A stretch of 57,562 nucleotides of DNA from Candidatus Omnitrophota bacterium (GTDB taxonomy: Bacteria > Omnitrophota > Omnitrophia > Omnitrophales > Aquincolibacteriaceae): contig JAZDJU010000100.1 of NCBI GenBank assembly GCA_043803685.1, positions 1-57,562 on the forward strand, given 5' to 3'. Positions within the stretch are counted from its first letter, which is position 1; each line of letters opens with the position of its first letter. Below, piece after piece: positions 1 to 9,332 of the stretch. The notes below the pieces were generated by a model. That model was given only the letters and a program-made list of their open reading frames with translations, was not told the DNA's origin and made no database searches. The translations under genes were made by a program, and so were the position numbers.

Positions 1-1
1 A

Positions 2-748
2 GCCAAGGCCGGAAAGCTCATCCGTACGAACTTCGGTAAGGAGCAAACGATCACGAAAAAGGGCGAATTCAACCTCGTGACCGAGATCGACAAGGCTGCC
101 GAGAAGGCGATCGTTGCCCTGATCCTGAAACGCTTCCCAGATCACTCGATCCTGGCTGAGGAATCCCCTGCCGTGGCAGGCTCCGGGTGCCGCTGGATCA
201 TCGACCCCATCGACGGGACCACGAATTTCGCGCACGGCTTTCCTATTGTCTCGACCTCGATCGGGTTCGAGAGAGACGGACGGCTTGAAATGGGCGGCGT
301 CTTTGACCCCATCCGCAAGGAGCTTTTCTTCGCAGAGCGCGGGCTAGGCGCGACCTTGAACGGAAAACGCATTCATGTTTCCAAGGTCAAAACTCTTTCA
401 GAGTCTTTACTCGCGACCGGTTTTCCCTATGACCGCAAAAAGAACCCGGAGGATTATCTCGGGATGCTCCGCGTTTTTCTCACACGCATTCAGGGCATTC
501 GCCGCGGAGGATCGGCGGCGATCGATCTGTGTAACGTGGCTTGCGGCCGTTTTGATGGCTATTATGAAATGAAACTTTCTCCGTGGGACAAGGCGGGCGG
601 CATGATGATCGTTGAAGAAGCGGGCGGTAAGCTCACTGATTTCTCGGGAACGCCCTTAACCCTTGCGGGGAGGCAGAACCTCGCCACCAACGGTCTCATT
701 CACGCGGAAATGCTCAAGGCTCTCGAGCCGTTTCAACATCTGAAGTAA
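2..748 (+). CDS. suhB: Inositol monophosphatase family protein, 5' end outside the window
   Basis: Motifs WIIDPIDGTTNF, RRGGSAAIDLC and WDKAGG. The frame is open back to base 2 (AKAGKLIRTNFG...NLVTEID). Confidence 0.93.
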   Translation, partial: AKAGKLIRTNFGKEQTITKKGEFNLVTEIDKAAEKAIVALILKRFPDHSILAEESPAVAGSGCRWIIDPIDGTTNFAHGFPIVSTSIGFERDGRLEMGGVFDPIRKELFFAERGLGATLNGKRIHVSKVKTLSESLLATGFPYDRKKNPEDYLGMLRVFLTRIQGIRRGGSAAIDLCNVACGRFDGYYEMKLSPWDKAGGMMIVEEAGGKLTDFSGTPLTLAGRQNLATNGLIHAEMLKALEPFQHLK

Positions 749-757
749 GTTCCTCAA

Positions 758-795
758 GCCACGATGCACGGGCCACGTGGTGCGTGGCTCTTGGC
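758..795. repeat. Heptamer-repeat hairpin (GCCACGR family) with no enclosed gene
   Basis: GCCACGA TGCACGG GCCACGT ggt GCGTGGC TCTTGGC. Bases 770-777 pair with 783-790. Same unit as the arrays flanking the four-helix-bundle gene. Confidence 0.7.
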
Positions 796-832
796 CCAGA
801 GGCATACCGCCCGGGAGGAGACGCCGGATACC

Positions 833-985
833 ATGAAAGAAAAGAAGCCCTCTTTAAAGATACCCAAGCCGCGTCACGGTTGGACCATCAATCCCAAAAC
901 ACGTGTCACGCCCTCCAGGAAGAACGACCTTCGAAAGACCGGGGAAAATGCCGGGAAGGATTGGGTCGACGAGCTTTTTGACTGA
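833..985 (+). CDS. Small basic hypothetical protein (50 aa)
   Basis: GGAGGAG upstream of ATG 833; MKEKKPSLKIPKPRHGWTINPKTRVTPSRK...; followed by a terminator. Confidence 0.5.
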   Translation: MKEKKPSLKIPKPRHGWTINPKTRVTPSRKNDLRKTGENAGKDWVDELFD

Positions 986-1004
986 GGCGGTAGGACTAGA
1001 AAGC

Positions 1005-1037
1005 AAAAACGCCCTGCCATTACGGCAGGGCGATTTT
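1005..1037. terminator. Bidirectional intrinsic terminator
   Basis: AAAAA-CGCCCTGCC-attac-GGCAGGGCG-ATTTT between convergent genes. Confidence 0.8.
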
Positions 1038-1056
1038 GAAAGGAAATCTCGAGTGA

Positions 1057-1392
1057 TTACTTCTTGTCACCGCTGAGATTCACATCGCTCGGGATCGGAA
1101 TATCCGCCGGGATCACGAACGTGACCAACTGCGCGGCACCGAGGACCGTCGTAACAACGGTATCCATCACGCCCTGGCCAACGCCAGACCACACATTCTT
1201 GCCTTCATTGGAATATTCGTTAGGGGTCGAGAAAAGCTTCGTCCAACCGAGAACGGTGTTGGTCAAGCCATACCCTAACTTACCGACGGCCTTTTCGCCG
1301 TAGGTCTTCTCTTCCGTCCACGGGCTAGCCGCAAACGCCATCGGGGCGAGAAGCATGGAAAGGACTACCACGAGACTCATGATCTTCTTCAT
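1057..1392 (-). CDS. Secreted protein, TIGR04073 (putative exosortase-associated)-like
   Basis: Signal peptide MKKIMSLVVVLSMLLAPMAFA; KLGYGLTNTVLGW...GVGQG...QLVTFVIP pattern; AAGGAGG RBS. Confidence 0.7.
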   Translation of the reverse strand: MKKIMSLVVVLSMLLAPMAFAASPWTEEKTYGEKAVGKLGYGLTNTVLGWTKLFSTPNEYSNEGKNVWSGVGQGVMDTVVTTVLGAAQLVTFVIPADIPIPSDVNLSGDKK

Positions 1393-1580
1393 TGAATTTC
1401 CTCCTTGGTTTTTAAAGCCTGCGCACGGCGCCACTTCTTAATTTATTGTGCCATAACCCGACGCCGCCAACAACCTTTAAGATTCCCAAAGTTTATCGTC
1501 CTCCCACGCATTTCCTTTATCTTTTTTTATCATTTATTCCGCCTCTTGCGAGCCTGTCCCTGACCCGATATGATACGCCC

Positions 1581-2636
1581 ATGGATCCCTCTCCCGTTTT
1601 ATCATCAAAAATCCGTCTTGCGCTCCTTCGTTGGTACTCCCGGCACAAAAGAGACCTCCCCTGGCGCCACACCCACGATCCTTACAAGATCTGGGTTTCT
1701 GAGATCATGCTCCAGCAAACGCAGGTCGCGACGGTCATTCCCTATTACCACCGTTGGCTCAAGGCTTTTCCTTCGATTTCCGCGCTAGCGCGAGCCCCCC
1801 TATCCAAGGCGTTGGAATTGTGGGCAGGCCTAGGCTACTACCGGCGGGTCCGAATGTTCCACCAAGCGGCGATCTATGTTCAAAAGGAACTTCAGGGGAA
1901 ACTCCCCGGAAGCGCGAAGGAGCTGAAAGAGCTCCCCGGCATCGGTCGTTATACGGCAGGGGCGATCGCGAGCATTGCCTGGAACGAAAGAACGCCGGTG
2001 CTAGACGGCAATGTGATCCGTATTCTCACTAGGATCTTCGCGATAGCGCAAGACGTGGACCGTCCCGCAACGCTAGAAAAGCTTTGGTCTGCCGCCGCCG
2101 CGCTTCTCGCGAATAAGAACTCCGGAGATCTCAATCAATCGTTGATGGAATTGGGCGCCACGGTCTGCTTCCCTTTAACTCCGCAATGTCCGAAATGCCC
2201 CGTCAAAAAATATTGCCGCGCTCTTCGAAAAGGAAAGCCGCTTTTTTATCCTGTCCGCACCAGAAAAGAACGTCAGGAAAAATTAAAAATGGCGGCCTTG
2301 GTATTGCGGGCTCCCAAGGATCAAGTTTGGCTCGAAAAACAGGCGGAGCGGGAACGTTGGGGTGGGCTTTGGATGTTCCCGTTCTGGCCACGCAAAAAAG
2401 AAATGCTTGCGGTATTACCTTTCGCCTGTCCACGACCGGTTCGTTTGGGGATCGTTCGGCATGCCTTTACAAAATACCGGATCACATTAGAAGTTTTTGA
2501 ATTAGGAGGGCAAAAAGGCCCTTTTTTGAAAAGGGCCCATGGAAAGTGGTTTGCGGTCGCGGATCTGGCCCAACTAGCCCTGCCTTCTCCTCACAGGAAA
2601 ATAGCCCAGATGCTCACATCGAAAATGAGAGACTAA
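1581..2636 (+). CDS. mutY: A/G-specific adenine glycosylase
   Basis: RDLPWR, WVSEIMLQQTQV, HhH LPGIGRYTA, Fe-S motif CxxxxxxCxxCxxxxxC. Confidence 0.95.
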   Translation: MDPSPVLSSKIRLALLRWYSRHKRDLPWRHTHDPYKIWVSEIMLQQTQVATVIPYYHRWLKAFPSISALARAPLSKALELWAGLGYYRRVRMFHQAAIYVQKELQGKLPGSAKELKELPGIGRYTAGAIASIAWNERTPVLDGNVIRILTRIFAIAQDVDRPATLEKLWSAAAALLANKNSGDLNQSLMELGATVCFPLTPQCPKCPVKKYCRALRKGKPLFYPVRTRKERQEKLKMAALVLRAPKDQVWLEKQAERERWGGLWMFPFWPRKKEMLAVLPFACPRPVRLGIVRHAFTKYRITLEVFELGGQKGPFLKRAHGKWFAVADLAQLALPSPHRKIAQMLTSKMRD

Positions 2637-2736
2637 CTCCCCGTACGTCTAAGAGGCCCCCCTGCAAGAGGCCTCGGGACTCGACTCACCCGGTAATCGT
2701 AGGGATTATTGACAACCCCCGCAATTCAACGACCTC

Positions 2737-2958
2737 TTACGAATTCATGCGGTCCGTCAGCCAAGTATCCAATACATCCTTTTTGAAGCGCCACTGCCCG
2801 CCGATCTTCGTCGCCGGAACTTCGCCCTTTTTCAGCAACCGGTAGATCGTCACGAGATGGAACCCAAGATACTTTGCGGCTTCCTTGGGCGTCATGATCT
2901 GAGACCGCTCTCTTTTAGGATACTGATGCTCCTGATTCTGCTCTTTTGTCTGTTCCAT
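2737..2958 (-). CDS. Excisionase-like/BldC-like helix-turn-helix DNA-binding protein (HTH_17)
   Basis: IMTPKEAAKYLGFHLVTIYRLLKKGEVPATKIGGQWRFKK; AAGGAG RBS. Confidence 0.88.
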   Translation of the reverse strand: MEQTKEQNQEHQYPKRERSQIMTPKEAAKYLGFHLVTIYRLLKKGEVPATKIGGQWRFKKDVLDTWLTDRMNS

Positions 2959-3019
2959 TCTAGCTCTCCTTGTCTATTAATGCTATTTTTGAGTTAGTTA
3001 TAGCTACATCCTACAACAC

Positions 3020-3048
3020 AATCTATCTTACATACTATAAATTGTCAA
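3020..3048 (-). promoter_or_regulatory. Sigma70-type promoter for the HTH gene
   Basis: Minus strand TTGACA (3048-3043), 17 nt spacer, TAGATT (3025-3020), in an AT-rich divergent intergenic region. Confidence 0.65.
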
Positions 3049-3248
3049 TAGTTGCTAGTTTTTAGCACTTTGGCTTGTTTTTGTAACTCCTTACCCTTGA
3101 AGCGCTTATAAAAAACAGGGGTATTCAAAAAAAATATTATTGCTTGTTATTTTTATTCATTGTACTATCTACGCCTGTTCGCGTTTCGGATAGTTTTTTT
3201 CGCGCCGGATAGCCATTTTTCAATTCTTATAAAAAAGGGAGGTTGTTT

Positions 3249-3779
3249 ATGAAGAAAGTAAAGGTACTGTTGGCTCTTGTGATCTGCGCTTCTATGTTGG
3301 CCCCGCTGAGTTTCGCAAAAGACACTTGGGAAATGGCTGCGTCGGACCTCTATAAAGAAAAGTCGGGCGGAATGTTGGGTCGTGGTTTAATTAATGCCGC
3401 GACAAGCCCTGTCGATATTTTTGTCCAGACTGTGAACCGCTCGAAAGAAGGCCCGGCCCTTATCGGCACCCTCACCGGTTTGGCGGGAGGTCTCGGATGC
3501 ACCGCGCTTCGCGCGAGTTCGGGGATTGTGGACGTTGCCCTCTTCTGGGTCCCGGGATTCAATGGTTTTCCTGTGTCGCGCTCTTATGACAACTGCTTAG
3601 AGGAATCCTCCACTGTCGCCGAGACGGTCCAGGCCCCAGTAATGGCTCAGCAGGCCATCACACCTGGCGTCACCGAAGTGGATTCGCAAGAGCCTCTCGT
3701 GACGGTCGCTGAAACACCCGCGCCGGTCCGCAAGCACGTGACCAAGAAGCACAACGCTTACGATTACGTAAAAAAGTAA
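3249..3779 (+). CDS. Secreted protein, TIGR04073-like, with low-complexity C-terminal tail
   Basis: Signal peptide; MLGRGLINAATSPVDI...GLAGGLG..LRASSGIVDVALFWVP; GGGAGG RBS. Confidence 0.7.
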   Translation: MKKVKVLLALVICASMLAPLSFAKDTWEMAASDLYKEKSGGMLGRGLINAATSPVDIFVQTVNRSKEGPALIGTLTGLAGGLGCTALRASSGIVDVALFWVPGFNGFPVSRSYDNCLEESSTVAETVQAPVMAQQAITPGVTEVDSQEPLVTVAETPAPVRKHVTKKHNAYDYVKK

Positions 3780-3802
3780 GATAGCATTACAATCTTTCAG
3801 AA

Positions 3803-3840
3803 ATAAAAAAAGCCCCGCTTTTTGGCGGGGCTTTTTTTAT
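3803..3840. terminator. Bidirectional intrinsic terminator
   Basis: ATAAAAAAAGCCCCGC-tttttg-GCGGGGCTTTTTTTAT between convergent genes. Confidence 0.92.
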
Positions 3841-3846
3841 GAGAAG

Positions 3847-4392
3847 TTATAACCCGAGATCGCTGAGATTGAAGATCGGCGAGTAGGAATATCCGGCAAG
3901 CGTTTCAGAAGCCCCTTCATGGCGATCTACGAGACAGATCGTTTTGACGATCTTGGCTCCGAGAGCTTCCACCTCTTTAATAGCTTTCAAGACTGAGCCC
4001 CCCGTCGTGATCACGTCTTCGAGCATCACTACTTTGTCGCCCGGAACAAGCGCGGGGCCTTCGATCATTTTTTGCATCCCGTGGGCCTTCGCTTCTTTTC
4101 GGACAATGAAAGCCTTGAGCGGTTTTCCGCTCTGGGAACTCAGGACCGAGACCGCGGCCGCAAGAGGGTCCGCTCCAAGCGTCGGCCCGCCGATCGCGTC
4201 CGCCCCTGCCGCCTGAGCCATGTGCAGGATGACCTTGGCCGCATAGAAAAGACCCTGCGGGTCCAGGGTGACCTGTTTGCCATCAATGTAGTATTGCGAG
4301 ATCTTTCCGGAGGCCAGTTTTCGCTCGCCGCGCACAACGGCCTTTTCCTGGATCAGTTTGAGCAACTCCTGTTTCAGCGCTTGTTCATCCAT
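3847..4392 (-). CDS. pyrE: Orotate phosphoribosyltransferase
   Basis: LASGKISQYYID, VRKEAKAHG, PRPP-binding VVMLEDVITTGGS. Confidence 0.95.
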   Translation of the reverse strand: MDEQALKQELLKLIQEKAVVRGERKLASGKISQYYIDGKQVTLDPQGLFYAAKVILHMAQAAGADAIGGPTLGADPLAAAVSVLSSQSGKPLKAFIVRKEAKAHGMQKMIEGPALVPGDKVVMLEDVITTGGSVLKAIKEVEALGAKIVKTICLVDRHEGASETLAGYSYSPIFNLSDLGL

Positions 4393-4395
4393 GGT

Positions 4396-5154
4396 TTATG
4401 ACTCCTTTGGGTTAATTCTATTCGCCGGATGCGTGGACTTCAAAACCTTTTCACGGATCTTTCGGGAGAGCCCCTTAAGCATCTGGGCTTCGGGTTCCAA
4501 AAGACCGCTTCGCTTGATGAGACCTCGCAAGGTCCGAAGGATCCTCGGTAAAAGGTCTGCTCCGCCCCGCCGATATCCTAACACCTTTAGCGCTTCCTCG
4601 AAATGCGCGATCGCGACCTCGATCTCTTTTTTATTCAGGGCCCTCTCCTGCGTAACGCTCTCTTCCGGCCCGCGTTCCCGGGAAAGGGCAAAGAGCATGA
4701 CCATGACGGCCTGCGCAAGATTGAGCGACGGATAGGTAACACCCGTGGGAATCGTCACCAGGTGATCACACAGGTCGCTCTCTTCATTCGCAAGACCTTT
4801 GGATTCACGTCCGAAAACGATCCCGACCTTCCGGGAGCCAGAATCCGCGCGAACTTTCGAGATCGTTCGCTCAAAAGGAAGAAAAGCCCCTCGCTGCCCG
4901 CCTGCGCGTCTTGTCGTGCCGATCACGACCCCCAGGTCCCGGATCGCATCCTGAAGAGAATTAAATTTCCTCCCGCTTTTTATGATGTCGACTGCCGACA
5001 CCGCCATTTTTTTGGCCTTGGTGCGCCAGGCCTTGGGAGGGTTCACAAGACGCAGGTCGGAGAAATCCATGTTCTTGACAGCGCGGGCCACCGCCCCGAT
5101 ATTGTCGGAGTTCTCGGGGGAAACAAGGATGATCGCGATATTTTCTTTCTTCAT
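4396..5154 (-). CDS. trmJ: SPOUT RNA methyltransferase, TrmJ/LasT family
   Basis: NIGAVARAVKN, IVFGRESKGL, SLNLAQAV. Confidence 0.85.
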   Translation of the reverse strand: MKKENIAIILVSPENSDNIGAVARAVKNMDFSDLRLVNPPKAWRTKAKKMAVSAVDIIKSGRKFNSLQDAIRDLGVVIGTTRRAGGQRGAFLPFERTISKVRADSGSRKVGIVFGRESKGLANEESDLCDHLVTIPTGVTYPSLNLAQAVMVMLFALSRERGPEESVTQERALNKKEIEVAIAHFEEALKVLGYRRGGADLLPRILRTLRGLIKRSGLLEPEAQMLKGLSRKIREKVLKSTHPANRINPKES

Positions 5155-5191
5155 CGTGGGACCTGAAGATCCAGCCGGAAAAAGCGCCGGC

Positions 5192-5641
5192 CTATTCCTT
5201 CTGCCAAACGTAGTCCGGAAGCTCGAAACGCCGCGTCAAGGGAGTGTCGTCGCTCACTGCCACGTACCACGGAAGCACGATCAGATCATTGACGCTGGAT
5301 CCAATCCGTATCATCATTTTTGTGAAAAAGCTCGGGATATAGGTCAGCGGCCACGCCTTGGGATGATCTGCCTTTTCCTTTTTGAACGCATAGAACAGCT
5401 CCGCGGGCGAGGACGCGAAATTGATGACCCCGCGTTTTTGAACGAAAACGATCTGTTGGAAAGTGGTTTGTTTCTTTGCGCCTTCGGCCGCCGCAAAAAG
5501 AGGGCTTGTCCCAAAACATAAAAGCCCGATAAGAATTAAGATTATCCTTGCCCTTCTTTCGTTCCTAAAATGGCTGGCAAGGATTGCCCCGATTTCATAT
5601 TTGATGAAATGGATAAGTGTTGGAACTATCTTTTTTTCCAT
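5192..5641 (-). CDS. Membrane/secreted protein, divergent TIGR04073-like
   Basis: Hydrophobic leader, then KRGVINFASSPAEL...RIGSSVNDLIVLPW, which aligns by eye with 3249-3779. Start uncertain. Confidence 0.55.
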   Translation of the reverse strand: MEKKIVPTLIHFIKYEIGAILASHFRNERRARIILILIGLLCFGTSPLFAAAEGAKKQTTFQQIVFVQKRGVINFASSPAELFYAFKKEKADHPKAWPLTYIPSFFTKMMIRIGSSVNDLIVLPWYVAVSDDTPLTRRFELPDYVWQKE

Positions 5642-6957
5642 GTTGGCTTCCCCTCTATTTTTCCTTCATTGATTTTCTTGAAGACTGCAAGAAAGAATCC
5701 GTCCGTTCCCGTCTCCGGAGGCCAGAGTTTGAGGAATTTCTCCCCCGCTTCCCCGCAGGGAACGATCTCGAGCTCTGGATGGGCCGCTAAAAATGCCTCT
5801 GCGACATTTTCGTTCTCAGCGGCTTCCACCGAGCAGGTCGCATAAAAGAGTTTGCCGTGTTCGGCCAGATAGGGCAAAGATTTTTCAAGGATCCCGAACT
5901 GCTCTTTCGGAAGCGCCTCGAACCAGGAAGGATCCAGTTTCCATTTCGCGTCAGGATTGCGCCCGAGCGTCCCGGTCCCGGAACACGGCGCGTCCACCAG
6001 GATCCTGTCGAACCCCCGCTGGGCCAGCTTAAGATCCGCCATCCGGTCGAGCTCCGCGGGAAAGACATTAAAGACCCCGGCCCGTTTGGCCCTTTTTTTC
6101 AACTCCTCCAACTTATAGGAACGCAGGTCCGTCGCCACAATGCGCCCCTTGTTCTCCATCATCGCCGCCAGAAGCAGGCTCTTCCCGCCGCCGCCCGCGC
6201 AAACGTCCCAGATGCTCTCTCCGGGTTGGGGATCCACCTTTTGGCAGACCACTTGACTGCCTTCGTCCTGAACCTCGAACCATCCGTCACGAAAGGCCTG
6301 CGTGTCAAACACATTGCGCCGCTCCTGAAGGATCAGGCCGTAATAGGACAGGGCCGTTTGGTTGGCCTCGACCCCAAAACGACGGAACATATCCACGAGT
6401 TTTTTCCGGCTGATCTGAAGCGTATTGGCGCGAAGCACGAGAAGCGGTCTTTGCTGAAAAAATCCAAGCAACCGTTCCGTTTCCTGAACGCCAAATGTCT
6501 CGGCCCACCGGTGGACAAGCCACAAGGGAAAAGAATAAAGGAGCGCCATCATTTCTTCTTTGGATTTCGGCCCGCTGTCTTCGGGCAGGAGATGTTCCCG
6601 CAGGGCAGCATAGACTTTTTCGCTTTGTTTGAAAAACTCGCGAAAATCTTCTTTGCTGATAAGACCTTCCTTGGCGGCTGCGTAAAGACAAAGACTTTCG
6701 TCCTTCTCCTGGTCGGTCATGACCGGCCGCGGTTTGGCTTTCTCGACCCAGGCCTCCAGGAAGCTTTTATTGCGAAAGATCGCGAAGATCGTTTCGGACA
6801 GGAATTTCCGGTCGCGGGAACCGACTTTTTTCCGGTTCTGATAAAAATAGCGCGCGAGCCAGCGGTCCGAAGGAATGGGGTCCTTCACAACGCCCCGCCA
6901 AACTTCGGTCGCCATGCGAAGCTGAGAAAAAAGAAGCCTTCTTTGACTGTCTTTCAT
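5626..6957 (-). CDS. RsmB/NOP family SAM-dependent RNA m5C methyltransferase
   Basis: FEVQDEGSQ, DVCAGGGGKS, ILVDAPCSGTG, YATCS, TDGFF. Confidence 0.92.
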   Translation of the reverse strand: MKDSQRRLLFSQLRMATEVWRGVVKDPIPSDRWLARYFYQNRKKVGSRDRKFLSETIFAIFRNKSFLEAWVEKAKPRPVMTDQEKDESLCLYAAAKEGLISKEDFREFFKQSEKVYAALREHLLPEDSGPKSKEEMMALLYSFPLWLVHRWAETFGVQETERLLGFFQQRPLLVLRANTLQISRKKLVDMFRRFGVEANQTALSYYGLILQERRNVFDTQAFRDGWFEVQDEGSQVVCQKVDPQPGESIWDVCAGGGGKSLLLAAMMENKGRIVATDLRSYKLEELKKRAKRAGVFNVFPAELDRMADLKLAQRGFDRILVDAPCSGTGTLGRNPDAKWKLDPSWFEALPKEQFGILEKSLPYLAEHGKLFYATCSVEAAENENVAEAFLAAHPELEIVPCGEAGEKFLKLWPPETGTDGFFLAVFKKINEGKIEGKPTWKKR

Positions 6958-6973
6958 AGATCTCTCGTGTTAG

Positions 6974-7016
6974 AAAAAAAGCCCCCGCTCTTGCTTTTGC
7001 AAGAAAGCTCGGGGGC
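6974..7016 (-). terminator. Intrinsic terminator of the 7084-7527 gene
   Basis: GCCCCC/GGGGGC stem with an inner TCTTGC-TTTT-GCAAGA hairpin; the A7 run reads as U7 on the minus strand. Confidence 0.65.
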
Positions 7017-7083
7017 CTTTCGCAATCTTAATAAATCACAAAGCCTGGGGACTGCCCTGATGACCCTTTGATATTAATGAGAA

Positions 7084-7527
7084 TCAGGACTGCTCGCCGG
7101 CCCTCAAGATCCTTTGACGAACGTCGGACTCCCGGTCAAAGCGATTCTGCCGCGAGACATCCAGGGTTCGCTGGGCCGAAGTCAGTTGCTGCTGGATGTA
7201 AGGATCGTTACTGTTATTACTACTGCGCGCGGTCTTGAAAGCGTCCGCGGCACTCCAGGCGTGGTTGGCCAACAAGGGGCCGAGACCTACCCAGAAAAGA
7301 CCTCCGGTCGTCAATGTGGCAAGAAGGATCGTCGCCGTTACGGCTGCCACTTCAATTCCGGCCATAATTTTTGTCTTGGTCGCTCCGATCTCGCCGTTCA
7401 GAGCTTGCCCCGTCGTCGGCAAAAGCAGCGAAGCTCCGAATTCCTTGCCTCCCAACGCAAAAGCCGACGGGCACAAAGACGCGAAAACCATCGCAAAGGC
7501 CAAAAGATAAGAAAGGTGTTTTTTCAT
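7084..7527 (-). CDS. Hypothetical membrane/secreted protein (DUF5683-like SLLLPxxGQ motif)
   Basis: Signal peptide, ASLLLPTTGQALNG, two hydrophobic helices, WSAADAF; AAGGAG RBS. Confidence 0.6.
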   Translation of the reverse strand: MKKHLSYLLAFAMVFASLCPSAFALGGKEFGASLLLPTTGQALNGEIGATKTKIMAGIEVAAVTATILLATLTTGGLFWVGLGPLLANHAWSAADAFKTARSSNNSNDPYIQQQLTSAQRTLDVSRQNRFDRESDVRQRILRAGEQS

Positions 7528-7787
7528 AGGTTCTCTCCTTCCAAAAATTAATGATTTTCCCGATGTTAATCTAACGACTTCCAAGGGGAAATCTTTACCC
7601 TGTTAGTACCGCATGAGAATTAAAATTAGCGGGTATGCGGTACAATACTGTTAACCCCTATCAAATGGAGAACAGTATTAGAGTCTCGGCCAACACACGC
7701 CTGGCAACGCCTCCTTCTTTAAAAAAAGTCGCAAAAGATATAAAGAGCGCGCGTTAGGTTAAGACTCTAACGGGGTGAACCCACTCT

Positions 7788-9311
7788 CTACTTCTTGGAA
7801 ACGTTCTCGGGGCTCCACTGGGAAAGGAGTTCGGCAAAGAGCCGCACGCCGAAACCGTTCGCGCCTTTCGGACAATCAAAACGGTTCGCGGAGCAATAGG
7901 CCGTCCCGGCGATATCCATATGCACCCACGGCGTTTTCTCCGGGACAAATTCCTTGAGGAACATCGTCGCGGTGATTGTTCCGGCATAGCCGTCGCCCGT
8001 ATTTTGAAGATCCGAGTGATGCGACTTGATGCATTCTCCGTATTCTTCCCAAAGAGGCAGCTGCCAACAGCGTTCTCCGACCTTTTCGCCGGCCTTTTGG
8101 ATGGCGTCGATCAGCTTCTGATCCGTTCCGAGGATCCCGCACGTTTTGTCCCCGAAGGTGTGATGGCACATCCCTGTCAGCGTGGCCGCGTCAATGATCG
8201 CCATGGGCTTGAACTCCGCGCAATAGGACAGCGCATCCGCCAGAATAAGACGCCCTTCGGCGTCGGTATTCATCACTTCCACCGTTTTTCCGTTGTACAT
8301 CCGGATGATATCTCCGGGGCGCTGCGGGTCCGCGGCAACGTTATTTTCCACGGCAGGCGCGAGACCGACGATGTGGAGCGGCAGTTTCAGGTCCGACACA
8401 AGCCCCATCGTCGCGATCACCGCGATCGCGCCGGACTTGTCGTATTTCATTTCTTCCATGCCTTTCGAGGGCTTGATGGAAATGCCACCCGTATCAAAGG
8501 TCACGCCTTTTCCAACTAGACAGACCGTTCCTTGGTCTTTGTATTCCTTGCCGTGTTCCATGATGATCAGGACCGGCGGCGTCACGCTCCCTTGGTTCAC
8601 GGCCAGAATCCCGTTCATGCCCAGTTCTTTAAGTTCGGAAAGTCCGAGGATCTTGCACTCTAGCTTTTTCTCGGCCGCGATCTTCTGGGCCTCTTCGGCA
8701 AGTCGGGGCGGGTTCATAACATTCCCAGGCTCGTTATTGAGATCCCGCGCCAACACCACGGCCCGCGCGATCTTTTCAGAGCGGACCATCGCCGGACGAA
8801 GCGAGGAAACCAGTTCTTTCTTTTCCGTCACAAGCTCCACAAGCTCAACCGCCTTCGACGGCTCATCTTTCTTTTTAGTTTTATACTGTGTAAATTTATA
8901 AGAAGCTAAAAAAGACATCTCCGTAAAGATCTTCACTGCCTCTTCAGCAGAAACCGTTTCGCTCAGAAAAGAATCGAGCAGCACGCGAACCTTTGCGGCC
9001 TTGCGCCCGCCAGCAAGCGCGATCAAAGCTGCGGCAGATTTTCTTAAGGAAACGATCGTAAGCGCTTTCTTTTCACCCAATCCTAAAAGCGCCATTTCCG
9101 GGGCCTGGCGGTATCCGCTCTGGTAAGAGCTAAAAACTTCTCCCGTTTTTCCTGCAAACCTTTTGTTCGCGATCGCGGCCTGCGCCGATCTCGCGAACGC
9201 GGGATCGATCTTCTTGAGCGACTTCAGATCCTTTTCCCCTTTGAAAAAACCGGCCACGAAAAGGTCCGCCTTCGGTGCGGTGCGGACGAACGATGCCAAA
9301 GAAACCTTCAT
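7788..9311 (-). CDS. pepA: Leucyl aminopeptidase (M17)
   Basis: VGKGVTFDTGGISIK, NTDAEGRLILAD, WVHMDIAG. Confidence 0.95.
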   Translation of the reverse strand: MKVSLASFVRTAPKADLFVAGFFKGEKDLKSLKKIDPAFARSAQAAIANKRFAGKTGEVFSSYQSGYRQAPEMALLGLGEKKALTIVSLRKSAAALIALAGGRKAAKVRVLLDSFLSETVSAEEAVKIFTEMSFLASYKFTQYKTKKKDEPSKAVELVELVTEKKELVSSLRPAMVRSEKIARAVVLARDLNNEPGNVMNPPRLAEEAQKIAAEKKLECKILGLSELKELGMNGILAVNQGSVTPPVLIIMEHGKEYKDQGTVCLVGKGVTFDTGGISIKPSKGMEEMKYDKSGAIAVIATMGLVSDLKLPLHIVGLAPAVENNVAADPQRPGDIIRMYNGKTVEVMNTDAEGRLILADALSYCAEFKPMAIIDAATLTGMCHHTFGDKTCGILGTDQKLIDAIQKAGEKVGERCWQLPLWEEYGECIKSHHSDLQNTGDGYAGTITATMFLKEFVPEKTPWVHMDIAGTAYCSANRFDCPKGANGFGVRLFAELLSQWSPENVSKK

Positions 9312-9332
9312 GGTGTCCTCCTGGATTTAAAT

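Noticed and set aside
2637..2736. Hairpins after mutY (GAGGCC/GGCCTC) as a REP/MITE or ncRNA
   Set aside because: Short stems, a single copy in the window, and no terminal repeats or U-tract to support a call.
2737..2958. Prophage or integrative element marked by an excisionase
   Set aside because: No integrase, att repeats or phage genes; the flanks are housekeeping genes.
5857..7071. Long plus-strand ORFs (also 10194-10979, 14861-15766, 47410-48360)
   Set aside because: They are antisense shadows of well-supported minus-strand genes and carry no recognisable motifs.
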